64,000 nt of DNA from an uncultured virus (IMG/VR IMGVR_UViG_3300022555_000035) (IMGVR_UViG_3300022555_000035), one strand, 5' to 3'. Counted from the stretch's first letter, positions 9,675-19,552 are shown. Notes: generated by a model from the letters alone, not told the origin. Program-made: numbers and translations.

Positions 9675-10482
9675 AATATTTTGACCACCTTAGCATAGTC
9701 ATTATATTATGTGACGTAAGCATTGGAAACCTATCAATCGTAGTATCAAAGTTAATGACTGCCTCTTTCGGACGTGGCATATAAAGACCTTCAAGACTGT
9801 CGAAAGCCAATCCTAATTGTGCACACGTCCAGGCAATAGAGGTATCACATCCTCGAATCCAACGGAACCTTGAAGCTTCCTGTAACTCGATAGGATTATC
9901 CCATACGCCGAGCATATGCCACTGTATCCACGGATACTTCAGATGGTATTCTTTCTCGACAATCTTATGTAGTACATATGTTCTGCCTACGCCGCTATCT
10001 TCCACAAACATATTTATGTTCTTGGGAATGCCGATAGTAGTAATACAATTATCCATGTGTAATATTTCGTCAAGACAATCAAACCAAGAAGCCATATTGA
10101 TTCCTTGTACTACTGCCATACACCTGAAAGGGAGCTTTGCGTTCCAGGTTTTCTCAAGGTGATTTTCCTTTAGTTCGATGAGAGCCTGTTTGACCAGCTT
10201 AACAGTACTCTCGCCATCCATGAAAGCATCAGGTAATACTATTTCGCTGACGCAGCATATTGCGGCGGCTCTTACCATATCCGCTATCGGCATTGCATGT
10301 CCGAGTTCAATCAAGGAATTATCCAGAATAACAAAATCACCCCGGTCTGAGCGATTACGCATAAACGACGCATAATCAGAATTATCAGGATCCAGTACCA
10401 AATGGGCAAGTGCTAAATGGTAATCAGTCAAAGTGCCATACGCCTGAAGGAAAGCCGTGGGTACGATGTTCGCGAATTTCAT
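9667..10482 (-). CDS. TGT/DpdA-like TIM-barrel protein (candidate deazaguanine transglycosylase)
   Basis: ILDNS..ELG, LPD, MAVVQG, IGIP, HMLG, GCDTS motif order resembles the TGT fold; lies in the que gene operon. Confidence 0.55.
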   Translation of the reverse strand: MKFANIVPTAFLQAYGTLTDYHLALAHLVLDPDNSDYASFMRNRSDRGDFVILDNSLIELGHAMPIADMVRAAAICCVSEIVLPDAFMDGESTVKLVKQALIELKENHLEKTWNAKLPFRCMAVVQGINMASWFDCLDEILHMDNCITTIGIPKNINMFVEDSGVGRTYVLHKIVEKEYHLKYPWIQWHMLGVWDNPIELQEASRFRWIRGCDTSIAWTCAQLGLAFDSLEGLYMPRPKEAVINFDTTIDRFPMLTSHNIMTMLRWSKYYE

Positions 10483-11063
10483 TTCCTATTCTGCCTCCCC
10501 CCGTAATTTTTCACCAGTTGCTGAAACATGAACTTTTCTGTTTCTTCTACCATGGCCGCAGGTGATAGCATTCCTGAATTCAGTTTAAGAATTTCAAAGT
10601 TCGCCGCGAAAGGATCTGATATCCATTTGAGATATCCTGCAACGATAGCTGGCAGATATTCAGGTACGATATAGTCGTCGCCACGTTCTGCATATCTCGC
10701 CGTTAGTACGCTGAGATCGGCATAGCAATAAATATAAGCCGTATTCAATCGCATTAGCTTAATGCCTACGCCGTTGACGTATCGTAAGAAGATATCTTCA
10801 GGAATTGCATATCGATTAGTAGCAGGACCGTAAATCAAATCATCAGGGTAATGGAATCTGTCAAACACTGTGACTAACGGTTTTACATCCATCGCGAGAA
10901 ATTCAGCCACTGTCTTTTCTGCGGCTGAGACGCTTTCTTCTGGCGTTGGATAATGTGAAAATTTCCGATATGTCGGAGTTGTACGTACATCGTTTATGGT
11001 ACAGATGCTTCTGGCAAGGGTAGTTTTACCTGACATGTCAGGACCAATAAAGATAAAAATCAT
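10479..11063 (-). CDS. Nucleoside monophosphate kinase (thymidylate-kinase-like)
   Basis: GPDMSGKTT P-loop, FDRF motif, R...RGD lid. Confidence 0.8.
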   Translation of the reverse strand: MIFIFIGPDMSGKTTLARSICTINDVRTTPTYRKFSHYPTPEESVSAAEKTVAEFLAMDVKPLVTVFDRFHYPDDLIYGPATNRYAIPEDIFLRYVNGVGIKLMRLNTAYIYCYADLSVLTARYAERGDDYIVPEYLPAIVAGYLKWISDPFAANFEILKLNSGMLSPAAMVEETEKFMFQQLVKNYGGRQNRK

Positions 11064-11287
11064 TTAGAAGCCTCCCTTACCCTTATTGCTAATCTTTCTG
11101 TATCAAATGATCGTGGTAAGGTAGTCCAATAACCACGTGAATCCGTCTCTAACTGGTCAACTATGTTTCCTTTGTAAATAATATACTCTATAGAAATAGT
11201 CATATCATTTGCTCGGAGTATGTCATCAATAGCACTAATAGCTTGTTCTACCGGATGTTCATACGTGTATAACTTTCTAGGTATCAT
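11060..11287 (-). CDS. Hypothetical protein
   Basis: ORF overlapping both neighbours by 4 nt. Confidence 0.55.
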   Translation of the reverse strand: MIPRKLYTYEHPVEQAISAIDDILRANDMTISIEYIIYKGNIVDQLETDSRGYWTTLPRSFDTERLAIRVREASK

Positions 11288-11697
11288 TTTACTGCCTCCA
11301 AAGCCTTTTTAGCCGTCCAGCGCTGCCGAAGCTCTTCGTGCTTCTTATGCCAAGCCTCATCAAAGTTCATATCAGTTACATAAATCATCTCTGCCAAATA
11401 AATCATGACGTCAACGAGTTCCTCGTGTAAGTGAGCAATACGTTCTTCCGTAGTTCCGTCACGATAGAGCTTTTTGACTACATTAGCTACTTCACCAACT
11501 TCGCCACAAAGACAGTTCGTCATATACATAAGCCCTACCATACTCTTGTCGGCATGCATATCAAACAGGCAATCATGATCGAGCACATCGGCTACTGCTC
11601 CTCTAATCAGAGAAGCTTTTTCTACCGTCATCCGATGAGCAGTCAGGATAGCTTCTTCCATAGCAAATCTTTCTTCTTTTAGTCCCTCAGTATTCAT
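11284..11697 (-). CDS. MazG-like NTP pyrophosphohydrolase
   Basis: LCGEVGEVANVVKK...EELVDVMIYL motif; GGAGG RBS before ATG 11697. Confidence 0.85.
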   Translation of the reverse strand: MNTEGLKEERFAMEEAILTAHRMTVEKASLIRGAVADVLDHDCLFDMHADKSMVGLMYMTNCLCGEVGEVANVVKKLYRDGTTEERIAHLHEELVDVMIYLAEMIYVTDMNFDEAWHKKHEELRQRWTAKKALEAVK

Positions 11698-12298
11698 GAA
11701 TCGTAACCTCCAATTTTTGTACTCCCCATTTATAAGCCGCACGTTGATTCAGCTGCCCGACAAATAAATCAAGTCTGTTACCCTTAATATCACCTCCTGT
11801 ATCTCTTACTATGACGTTAAGATCTCCTTTTGAATGATGGATAGTAATACGAGTACCGAACCTAAAGATTGAATTATCAGCAGCTACAGACTTAAAGGCA
11901 TCAGAATCTAGGAGTATCCATCCACTCGCCGTACGACAAAAGTTAGGAGAGGACAAGGGCTTTCCGCATTCGTCAGGATGACAAGTATATGCGGATACCA
12001 ACATAGTCCGTCGCTGTTCTCTCCCAGGTGTATGGCGCGAGACTTCTTCTTGATTTCTAATCTGTACCTGTTTTGACGTCGGATCCGAGATGCTTTGGAT
12101 TATTTCCGACTTGACGGATATATTCTTTGGTAACTCTATGGAGTTTATAAGTAAGTGAAAGTGAACTAAGCAATAAATCCACAAGGATATGACGCTTATT
12201 GCTATGCCCATTATGCAGAACAGGCTCACCAGTACGATCCAAACGCACAACGGTGGAACATTCTTCAGGAATTGTAAACGAGGTAAAGACATAGCCAT
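11687..12298 (-). CDS. Membrane-anchored 3D-domain protein (start uncertain)
   Basis: SAYT, TASG, VAAD...FGT, DTGGDIKGNRLDLF motifs; hydrophobic N-terminus. Confidence 0.8.
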   Translation of the reverse strand: MAMSLPRLQFLKNVPPLCVWIVLVSLFCIMGIAISVISLWIYCLVHFHLLINSIELPKNISVKSEIIQSISDPTSKQVQIRNQEEVSRHTPGREQRRTMLVSAYTCHPDECGKPLSSPNFCRTASGWILLDSDAFKSVAADNSIFRFGTRITIHHSKGDLNVIVRDTGGDIKGNRLDLFVGQLNQRAAYKWGVQKLEVTIHEY

Positions 12299-12494
12299 CC
12301 CCCTTAATAGGACGTCCTTTCAATGCGGCGGCGAATGAACGATTATCCCATCCCATTGGAATAGCTTCTTGTGAAATTACCGCATGTAAGTCGTCAAGAT
12401 AAAATCCTCCAACAGCCTTGCAGTTACATAACGTAACTTTCTGTAATTTTAACTTACGTACGTCTCCACAGCATTGACAGTATACAAACTTCAT
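12057..12494 (-). CDS. Cys-rich hypothetical protein
   Basis: CxxCGD...CxC N-terminus; coupled to the upstream ORF. Confidence 0.55.
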   Translation of the reverse strand: MKFVYCQCCGDVRKLKLQKVTLCNCKAVGGFYLDDLHAVISQEAIPMGWDNRSFAAALKGRPIKGDGYVFTSFTIPEECSTVVRLDRTGEPVLHNGHSNKRHILVDLLLSSLSLTYKLHRVTKEYIRQVGNNPKHLGSDVKTGTD

Positions 12495-13018
12495 CGACGA
12501 CTGTCTACCTCCCGCGCTAATAGAGTTAAGTACTCACCCAGTTCAGGACGAGTATTCTCTTTGCTAGATGAGGTTCTTCTGACATGTATTTTCCATCGTT
12601 GAATTAGGCTTTTTTGTACTTTACCAATGTCCGCCAAAGAATAATTACGCAACTCCAAAATACGGTCATCATTGTTAATCATCCACTCTTCCGCATCATT
12701 TCTGCGTTCGTGTTTGCCATAAAGAACACGAGCCTTTATACGGTAATCCTGTATCATCTTAAGCAGCTCCGGAGATTTGTTGGCACTGCTTAGAGAATGT
12801 AATCCCATAGCTGTAGCAGCCATAAGATTGATTACCTTATAAAGAGCTCGCGGACGGTGGTTATGACGTGTTAAGTACATGTCTAAAGAAGTAAGCGATT
12901 TTTGAACGGCTGCTTCATCAGTAAAGTGTAACGATACTCGGAGTAGTTGCCATTCGAATTCGTACAGAGTACGCCTTTTGTCTTCTTCCTTCATGTTACT
13001 CATGCAGTACCTCCTCAA
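12491..13018 (-). CDS. Hypothetical protein
   Basis: ORF behind a promoter; GAGGAGG RBS suggests a start near 13003. Confidence 0.6.
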   Translation of the reverse strand: MRRYCMSNMKEEDKRRTLYEFEWQLLRVSLHFTDEAAVQKSLTSLDMYLTRHNHRPRALYKVINLMAATAMGLHSLSSANKSPELLKMIQDYRIKARVLYGKHERRNDAEEWMINNDDRILELRNYSLADIGKVQKSLIQRWKIHVRRTSSSKENTRPELGEYLTLLAREVDSRR

Positions 13019-13034
13019 AAATCGCTTTTCTTTT

Positions 13035-13063
13035 ATTATATCACAGAATTGTAATTAATTCAA
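13035..13063 (-). promoter_or_regulatory. sigma70/sigmaA-type promoter
   Basis: TTGAAT-17 bp-TATAAT. Confidence 0.6.
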
Positions 13064-13071
13064 GGTACACG

Positions 13072-13641
13072 TTATTTGATTAAACCAAGAAACTCACTTC
13101 TGGCCGAGTTGGCATTATCGAGGAATACGCCTCTCATAGCTGACGTAGTAGTACTGGAACCTGGTTTCTTTATTCCTCGCTGAATCATACAATAATGTTT
13201 AGCATTAATAACTACTGCTACACCCATAGGCTGTAGGTATCGATCAATTGCGTCTGCTATTTGACTAGTCATACGCTCTTGCACTTGTAGCCTCTTGGCA
13301 AAACACTCGACAAGCCTGGCAAACTTACTAATTCCAACCAAAGTACCCTTTGGAATATAGCCGATATGTGCAACACCGTGTACTGGCACCATATGATGTT
13401 CGCACATAGTCGTGAATTCAATATCTTTAACAATGACCATTTCACTATGTGCTTCATCTTTGAATACCTTTGATAAGATTAGTGCCGGATCCATCAAGTA
13501 ACCACCGAAGATTTCATCATACATCTTGGCTACTCGGTGCGGCGTCTCTATAAGGCCTTCACGATTAATATCTTCTTCTATGATAGTATCTAGTAGATCT
13601 GTTACTGCTTTTTTTCTTCGTTCGTATATTACGTCACTCAT
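13072..13641 (-). CDS. folE: GTP cyclohydrolase I
   Basis: ETPHRVAK, CEHH, GISKFAR, RLQVQER, HYCM..RG motifs. Confidence 0.96.
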   Translation of the reverse strand: MSDVIYERRKKAVTDLLDTIIEEDINREGLIETPHRVAKMYDEIFGGYLMDPALILSKVFKDEAHSEMVIVKDIEFTTMCEHHMVPVHGVAHIGYIPKGTLVGISKFARLVECFAKRLQVQERMTSQIADAIDRYLQPMGVAVVINAKHYCMIQRGIKKPGSSTTTSAMRGVFLDNANSARSEFLGLIK

Positions 13642-13867
13642 TAACTTTGCCTCCCTGTAGTACTTTTAATACTTTTTGTATTATTTCACCGTGGATTTCA
13701 ACTTCTTCGAAAGTACTGGCGCGATGATATTGTATTAATGCCAGATATAACCGCTCCAGTATAACGTATCGATCAAAAGAAATACGTTTGGATAATGTAT
13801 AAATGGCCAGCATATAACCACTAGCAAATGCAAGTAAGGTAATAATTCCTGCAGCCCAATATGACAT
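13634..13867 (-). CDS. Small membrane protein
   Basis: N-terminal TM segment; RBS. Confidence 0.5.
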   Translation of the reverse strand: MSYWAAGIITLLAFASGYMLAIYTLSKRISFDRYVILERLYLALIQYHRASTFEEVEIHGEIIQKVLKVLQGGKVNE

Positions 13868-13880
13868 TATCTAACCCCCT

Positions 13881-14069
13881 TTAATTCTTTATCAGTTTTT
13901 CTCTTCCACCAGATAACATTTGTTTACCTCGAAGCTTAGCAAGTTCTTGCATTGCCTTATCACGTTCTTGTTTAGTTACAGCTAACGCTTCGTCAGATAT
14001 ACGTAATTTGGTTCGTAGCTCCTCAATATACGTTTGCTGATCAATTAAGTGCTGTTTTGTACGTATCAT
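13881..14069 (-). CDS. Small coiled-coil protein
   Basis: ORF in operon orientation. Confidence 0.45.
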   Translation of the reverse strand: MIRTKQHLIDQQTYIEELRTKLRISDEALAVTKQERDKAMQELAKLRGKQMLSGGREKLIKN

Positions 14070-14082
14070 ATCCCAATCTATA

Positions 14083-14691
14083 CTATCGTACGCCTAGCAC
14101 TTTATGTAGTTGTACACCCATTCGTAAGTATTCAGGATATTGCATTACTAAACGAATAGCCTTTTCTATAGATTCCTGCTTATGACTTTCGGGTTGTAAC
14201 CAAATACGTCCTTTAGATACTGCTTTCCAAGCGATTACGTTAGGGTTGAAATCTTCTGTTACTACATATTTCAGTTCATGACAATTACAATATACGTCGT
14301 AATTGGGGGCTTTAGGAGAGCACGTAACCCAATCAATTGCCCAATGAGGATCGATCATTCTGGTGCCATTGGTTTCAATTGCTACTTTACGTGCCTCTTT
14401 ACGTCCTATCCACGGCTGTACATGAATGGCACGTATCAACTCTTTCAAGGGATGAATTGTAGGCTCACCTCCAGTAATTATGATCCGAGACGCAGTACTT
14501 TGCAAAACAATTTCTTCAATTGTCATTTGAGTTGCTTGTTCTTCTGTCCATGTCTCTTTTGAATCGCAGAAATCACATGCAAGATTACATCCAGCAAAGC
14601 GAACAAAAGTACTTACTATTCCCATATGACATCCTTCACCCTGGATAGACGTGAAGATTTCATTTACTGGAAACGTTATTACTTCATTCAT
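14083..14691 (-). CDS. queE: 7-carboxy-7-deazaguanine synthase (radical SAM)
   Basis: EIFTSIQGEG, RFAGCNLACDFCDS, ITGGEP, IETNG, SPK, LQP, QLHK. Confidence 0.95.
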   Translation of the reverse strand: MNEVITFPVNEIFTSIQGEGCHMGIVSTFVRFAGCNLACDFCDSKETWTEEQATQMTIEEIVLQSTASRIIITGGEPTIHPLKELIRAIHVQPWIGRKEARKVAIETNGTRMIDPHWAIDWVTCSPKAPNYDVYCNCHELKYVVTEDFNPNVIAWKAVSKGRIWLQPESHKQESIEKAIRLVMQYPEYLRMGVQLHKVLGVR

Positions 14692-15125
14692 AGTACTAAA
14701 TCCTCATCATCCAGTGCTTTCTGATTATTACCTATCTCCGGACAATCACGGCTCCAATCAGCGTGACTATTTGATGTTTCATATAGCCGTACATGATCAA
14801 GAATGCAATTGTACTCGAGGAATACCGGAGTTAGTGTGTTGACAATCCAGAGAACCATATGCTCGGCTGTAGGTTGGCTGAACAAAGGTTCATGATGCTC
14901 GTCGCATGTTTCGTTGAGATTGTAATGATCCAGCCGATCCAGAATAAACTTTTGCACTACGTTCTTGATGTTATGAAAATCGATGATCATTCCGTTGTTG
15001 TTAGGAATACCAGCCAAAGTAACTTCCAACTTGTAAGTATGTCCGTGCATACGAGAACAAGCACCGTTGTAGTTGTTCAACTGATGACAGGCTTCGAATT
15101 CAAACTTTTTTGTTACAGTTAGCAT
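14688..15125 (-). CDS. queD: 6-carboxy-5,6,7,8-tetrahydropterin synthase
   Basis: FEACH, CSRMHGHTY, LDH..LN, PTAE, LYET. Confidence 0.95.
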   Translation of the reverse strand: MLTVTKKFEFEACHQLNNYNGACSRMHGHTYKLEVTLAGIPNNNGMIIDFHNIKNVVQKFILDRLDHYNLNETCDEHHEPLFSQPTAEHMVLWIVNTLTPVFLEYNCILDHVRLYETSNSHADWSRDCPEIGNNQKALDDEDLVL

Positions 15126-15827
15126 TTATAAACACCTCCAATCAATTACTATTGCGTAGTCAATCGGGTCTCGTACTCCAAGTTGCTTAAAAGCAGCAAT
15201 TCTGCTAATGCAGGTAGAACATACTCCACACGCCGGCCTAGCTCCGTTATAGCAGCTATGTGTAAGCTCAAAGGGAGCATACGCTTCGAGTCCTCGGACG
15301 ACAACGTCATATTTGGTATCATTGACCAAAGGTGTGTAAAGTCGCACTTTATGGTATGTTCCGATGTAAATAGCGCATGCCATTGCTCCGATAAATTCTG
15401 CAGAACAGTCCGGGTAACTCCACGAGCGAGCATCTTCACTATGAGCTCCGTAACAAACCGTGTCTGCTCCCTCGACGAGTGCAAGTGCAGTTGCAGCGGA
15501 GAGAAGATTACCGTTCCGAAAGGGTACGTATGTAGGTGATACACCTATACTCTTGGCGAGTTCCTCATAAGTAGTTTCAGGATTCGGGCAATCGGCGTCA
15601 ATCAAAGTCGAGCCTGCGCCTGAGAAGATTGGCGGAAGTTCTTTAATGATGTGCGAAATTCCAAGTTCCTTGGCAATCAGTTTTGCCTGTTCCAGTTCGA
15701 CAAGATGCTTCTGTCCATAACCGAGTGACAAAGCGATGACATTGTCCGCGCCCAGCTGCCTGACCAACATAGCTGCGCACGTAGTTGAATCTAATCCTCC
15801 ACTGAGTAATACTACCGCTTTCTTCAT
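15126..15827 (-). CDS. queC: 7-cyano-7-deazaguanine synthase
   Basis: SGGLDS, YGQKH, TYVPFRN, YPDC, SCY...CG.C..C. Confidence 0.96.
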   Translation of the reverse strand: MKKAVVLLSGGLDSTTCAAMLVRQLGADNVIALSLGYGQKHLVELEQAKLIAKELGISHIIKELPPIFSGAGSTLIDADCPNPETTYEELAKSIGVSPTYVPFRNGNLLSAATALALVEGADTVCYGAHSEDARSWSYPDCSAEFIGAMACAIYIGTYHKVRLYTPLVNDTKYDVVVRGLEAYAPFELTHSCYNGARPACGVCSTCISRIAAFKQLGVRDPIDYAIVIDWRCL

Positions 15828-18670
15828 TTTACCACTTCTCCTCTACTTCTTAATAGTGCTATGAATCCTGGCGATTTTCTATACCCGTACTGCGTACGCT
15901 CTATCATACGCGAACGAGATAATAGATGAATGTGTTCCTTAGCAGTATTCTTTTCAATGGCTAACTGCTCTTCGAGGTCTTGTGTTTTGATGTAACTCTG
16001 TCTCATGAAAATATCGGCTACATCTGGAAAGGACTGACAGAACGTTTTGACGTCTGCAGTGGCTTGCTGCGATGCTTCTTCAGATTCTTTCTCCTGTCTC
16101 GAATACCCTGAATAGTCTAATGACGGCTTAGAATATATCTCTTCAAGATATTGACGTGCAAAATGTACATGATCCTCTTTGACTATTACTTTCTGTCCTG
16201 ATTCATCAGTTGAGTACAATCTTGCAGCGATAGCTACTGCCATACGAGCTAATTTTATTCGCTGGTTAGCCGACTCGACAAGAGGAATTCTTGTGGAATA
16301 CTGCTTACCCATTTGTATTGCGTACTTGAGAATTTCTCCTTCTGCTCCATCATCGAAGATGATATCGCAGGTTTTTCTTGACCAGGCCCATAGTATAAGA
16401 GTTTTACATAAATCGCCGGTGTATGTAAGTGTAGATTTTCTTCTTGTAGTTGAAAGTTGATTAATAAGCTCGGTAGGTATTTCCTCAGACGCACAACTGA
16501 TAGCGAAGTCAAAACGCGCAATGTCTTCTGATTTTCCGATGAGTTCTGATATCGCTTCAGCACCGTAAGAATAAGATCTAAGAGCTCTACCTGCGCGAGG
16601 ATTGGACAGCCAGATAAGTCGAGTTCTAGCGAAGGATTTTTCTGTTTGGATTTTTGTAATCTCTGCAATTCCCGAAGAACGAATACCCGACATCCTCGCG
16701 ATGTCAGCTTCACTAAGTCCTGACGCTTCATCAATTACCACAAGCCTCCTGTCGTTTAGCGGAATTTTGCCCCATGTGATAAACCAGCGACTATGTGTCT
16801 GCTGCATTCCACCAACGAGACCTGCAAAAGAAGTATTCTCTCCGAAGACGAGTTCGCCGAGCCTGTAAAATTGCATCATGCGTTCTGCCGTCTCTGATTT
16901 CCCTGTTCTGGTATCGCCAATGACTAACAGCTCTAGCCATCCCCGATTGATTGTAATATCCTGGAATTTGAAAGATAGGATGGAATGATATACTAGGTCA
17001 ATAGCGGTTAGAAGATCATTACGTCCGTAGATATTTGTTATATTGCTTGAAAACTGATCGTAGATGTCTTCGAATTTTTCTTTTATAGTCTGGCCTTCCA
17101 GAGGCTGAAAGATTTTTAATCCTTCGCGAATATCGTCTGTAATGGTAAACCCTGAAATAGAGTCTTGTTTTGTCAACGCGGAATGTAATAAGAACGTAGT
17201 TTGCTGAACCCATGGATCAGGAGTACTAACGCCTTCTACCAAATAGGTCTGATTACTTTTGATAGTATTATGCTCTCCTGCAAGAAAATAAGCTGTCTGC
17301 AAAGTGTATTGGTCTGTAGTTCTAGATGCCTCATAGCTTATCTCAGGGGCAAGTAATACTTCTTCGACGTTTTGCGGGGTAATTATTTCCTTGGTAGCAT
17401 TGTTACACTTACTTGGAATACCTACCCAGCTCTTTAACCTATCATTTTGTTGTGCTTCAGTACATTCAATTAGGTTCAGTAATGCCGGATGCGGTGGTAA
17501 ATCAAGTATTGTTTCGCCTCCGTTTGAACTTACCGTACATAAAGTACAGCTAGCGTTTTCTGGAGACATATTCTGACAAGTATACTTTAGTTTTCTTGGA
17601 ATCAGATACGGTGATAAATTCTTACCTACTACGAGCACATTCATTTGAATCTTTTGTTTGAGATATTTAGCTAATCTAGCTTCTGTCAACGAAATCTCAA
17701 TAACTTCATCATCGTTTTCTAAATCAGCATTTGGATTAATACTATTGATTTTGTTTGTTTTGCTTGGTACGATATAAGGTCTGGCTTTAACAATTAAGTC
17801 TTTGAAATTCTCTGCGGAGTAACCACCTGTAACGATACAATCTGTGATATCTTTGTCGTTCTTGGTACCTTGTACTGGTAAGTCAACCATGAAAATTGCT
17901 TTCGCAAATGGTTGCAGTTGCTTGGCTACTTCTCCCGCACCATGTCTTCCAGCTGCATCGAGGTCGTAACAAATATAAATTGTTTTGTCTTTAAAAAGAA
18001 TAGACCAATCATGTAACCAAGTACCTGCGCCGCCTGTAGTAGTCATGGCAACTAATCCTATTTGACAGGCTAACATACAATCCCATTCGCCTTCTGTGAG
18101 TACTATTGCATCATGTTTCAGATGCTCGATCGGATATAACCTTGCTTTACCGTAACCAGTTTTGTAATTGATCATCTTGTCTTTGCCTGATGCATGTGGT
18201 TTATATTTTCGTACATTCATACAAAGACCACGAGAATCAAATATCGGAATTGTAAATCGTGACCCATCCCAGCCTATCTGGAATTTTTGTATTGTTTCTA
18301 ACGTGAATCCCCTGTCGTTATAAAGGTACTCGAGAATCATGGGTGAACTGATTAAGTTATGTTGCCACTTTGCAATGACTTCTTTTCCAATAGGAGTAAT
18401 AGCCATCTCACTATTTTTACCTGCAACAATTGCATCGACGGCTTTCTTTGCCTCTTTGTAAGATACTTCATGATGTTTTTGATAGAAACCATAAGCATCG
18501 CCGCCTTCATCACAGGCGCCGAAACATCGCCATAACCCGGTGTTCATATTTATTGACATACTAGGACTTGCATCATCATGAAAAGGACAGTTTACTGATA
18601 GTTCGCCGTTGGTACTTACGTTCTCGACCGATGTAAAATAATTGGCGTAAAATTGTATATAGTTTGACAT
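15824..18670 (-). CDS. Primase-helicase fusion (CHC2 Zn finger, Toprim, MCM-like AAA+)
   Basis: CPFHDD..PS, CFGAC, TEGEWD, YDLD.AG; GDTRTGKS, AGLVGG, VVIDE, ARTR...SNP, RFD. Confidence 0.85.
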   Translation of the reverse strand: MSNYIQFYANYFTSVENVSTNGELSVNCPFHDDASPSMSINMNTGLWRCFGACDEGGDAYGFYQKHHEVSYKEAKKAVDAIVAGKNSEMAITPIGKEVIAKWQHNLISSPMILEYLYNDRGFTLETIQKFQIGWDGSRFTIPIFDSRGLCMNVRKYKPHASGKDKMINYKTGYGKARLYPIEHLKHDAIVLTEGEWDCMLACQIGLVAMTTTGGAGTWLHDWSILFKDKTIYICYDLDAAGRHGAGEVAKQLQPFAKAIFMVDLPVQGTKNDKDITDCIVTGGYSAENFKDLIVKARPYIVPSKTNKINSINPNADLENDDEVIEISLTEARLAKYLKQKIQMNVLVVGKNLSPYLIPRKLKYTCQNMSPENASCTLCTVSSNGGETILDLPPHPALLNLIECTEAQQNDRLKSWVGIPSKCNNATKEIITPQNVEEVLLAPEISYEASRTTDQYTLQTAYFLAGEHNTIKSNQTYLVEGVSTPDPWVQQTTFLLHSALTKQDSISGFTITDDIREGLKIFQPLEGQTIKEKFEDIYDQFSSNITNIYGRNDLLTAIDLVYHSILSFKFQDITINRGWLELLVIGDTRTGKSETAERMMQFYRLGELVFGENTSFAGLVGGMQQTHSRWFITWGKIPLNDRRLVVIDEASGLSEADIARMSGIRSSGIAEITKIQTEKSFARTRLIWLSNPRAGRALRSYSYGAEAISELIGKSEDIARFDFAISCASEEIPTELINQLSTTRRKSTLTYTGDLCKTLILWAWSRKTCDIIFDDGAEGEILKYAIQMGKQYSTRIPLVESANQRIKLARMAVAIAARLYSTDESGQKVIVKEDHVHFARQYLEEIYSKPSLDYSGYSRQEKESEEASQQATADVKTFCQSFPDVADIFMRQSYIKTQDLEEQLAIEKNTAKEHIHLLSRSRMIERTQYGYRKSPGFIALLRSRGEVVK

Positions 18671-18680
18671 TGCATCACCC

Positions 18681-18992
18681 CTAACTAGGGTCTTGTAGCA
18701 TGTTCATCAACGCAACGGCTTCTTTACCCATAAAATATCTGCCTGAACTGAAACACTTGTTACAAGCCCATACGCCGTACTTTTCTTCTTTATTGAGCGG
18801 TTGAATTTGCAAGTCGTCACTTTTACAGATTAAACACGTTTTAGGTGCTCCATAAGGATCTTTCATTCCTAAGAAAAGTCGAAGGGCTTGACGTACAGAA
18901 GTAGCGACTGATTGATTATTTTCGGCAGCGTGCGCTTTTACTTTCTTAAGCAATGCCACTTCAACGGTAAGATTTAGATGCTCCATAGCCAT
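18681..18992 (-). CDS. Ribbon-helix-helix plus Zn-ribbon regulator
   Basis: LNLTVE..LLKKVK.HA....SV...VRQAL; CLIC...CNKC. Confidence 0.6.
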   Translation of the reverse strand: MAMEHLNLTVEVALLKKVKAHAAENNQSVATSVRQALRLFLGMKDPYGAPKTCLICKSDDLQIQPLNKEEKYGVWACNKCFSSGRYFMGKEAVALMNMLQDPS

Positions 18993-19020
18993 CTAGCGTT
19001 CTCCTTTCAAAGCAAAGTAT

Positions 19021-19050
19021 AGTACCCTGAACTTTTACATTCAGGGTACT
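19021..19050. terminator. Hairpin downstream of the SSB gene
   Basis: AGTACCCTGAA..TTCAGGGTACT inverted repeat. Confidence 0.55.
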
Positions 19051-19066
19051 CTACATATCCGATAGA

Positions 19067-19525
19067 CTATTTCAAGAAGGGCAAATCACTCTCGATAAGA
19101 TTTTTGTTTCCCATTGCCTGTGTTGCTGCTCCGAAAGGATCGACAACAGCAGCGCTTGCGAGTACTTTGGTGACTCTTGCCTGTGGCTCACCGTTGTATT
19201 CTTCGTGTGTTACGACGATGGCACACTGTTTGCCGACCAGGTCATCGGGATCGAAGGACAGTTTTCCGTTGGTATCAACTTCCGGCATTACGACTGCGAG
19301 AAGACCTTTGAGCTTGAACAGTGCTTTCGGACTGAAAGAAACGTTGTCGAACACTTGACGGCCAGCGAACGGACCTTCCTGAACTTTGTACGTTATTGCC
19401 AGATACGGAGCCGCTTTGCCTTCTTTGTACTCGACGTTGAAAATCGCGACATCGTACTTACCCTTGGGAATGGCCTCGAAAGAATTAGTTTTTACACCAG
19501 TCATGTCGATAGAGATGTTTGCCAT
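19067..19525 (-). CDS. DUF669-like single-stranded DNA-binding protein
   Basis: FEAIPKGKY, EGPFAGRQVFD, LVGK.C...V.HEEYNG, acidic DLPF tail; follows Sak4. Confidence 0.75.
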   Translation of the reverse strand: MANISIDMTGVKTNSFEAIPKGKYDVAIFNVEYKEGKAAPYLAITYKVQEGPFAGRQVFDNVSFSPKALFKLKGLLAVVMPEVDTNGKLSFDPDDLVGKQCAIVVTHEEYNGEPQARVTKVLASAAVVDPFGAATQAMGNKNLIESDLPFLK

Positions 19526-19552
19526 TGTAATTTTCCCCCTTAAATTTATTTT

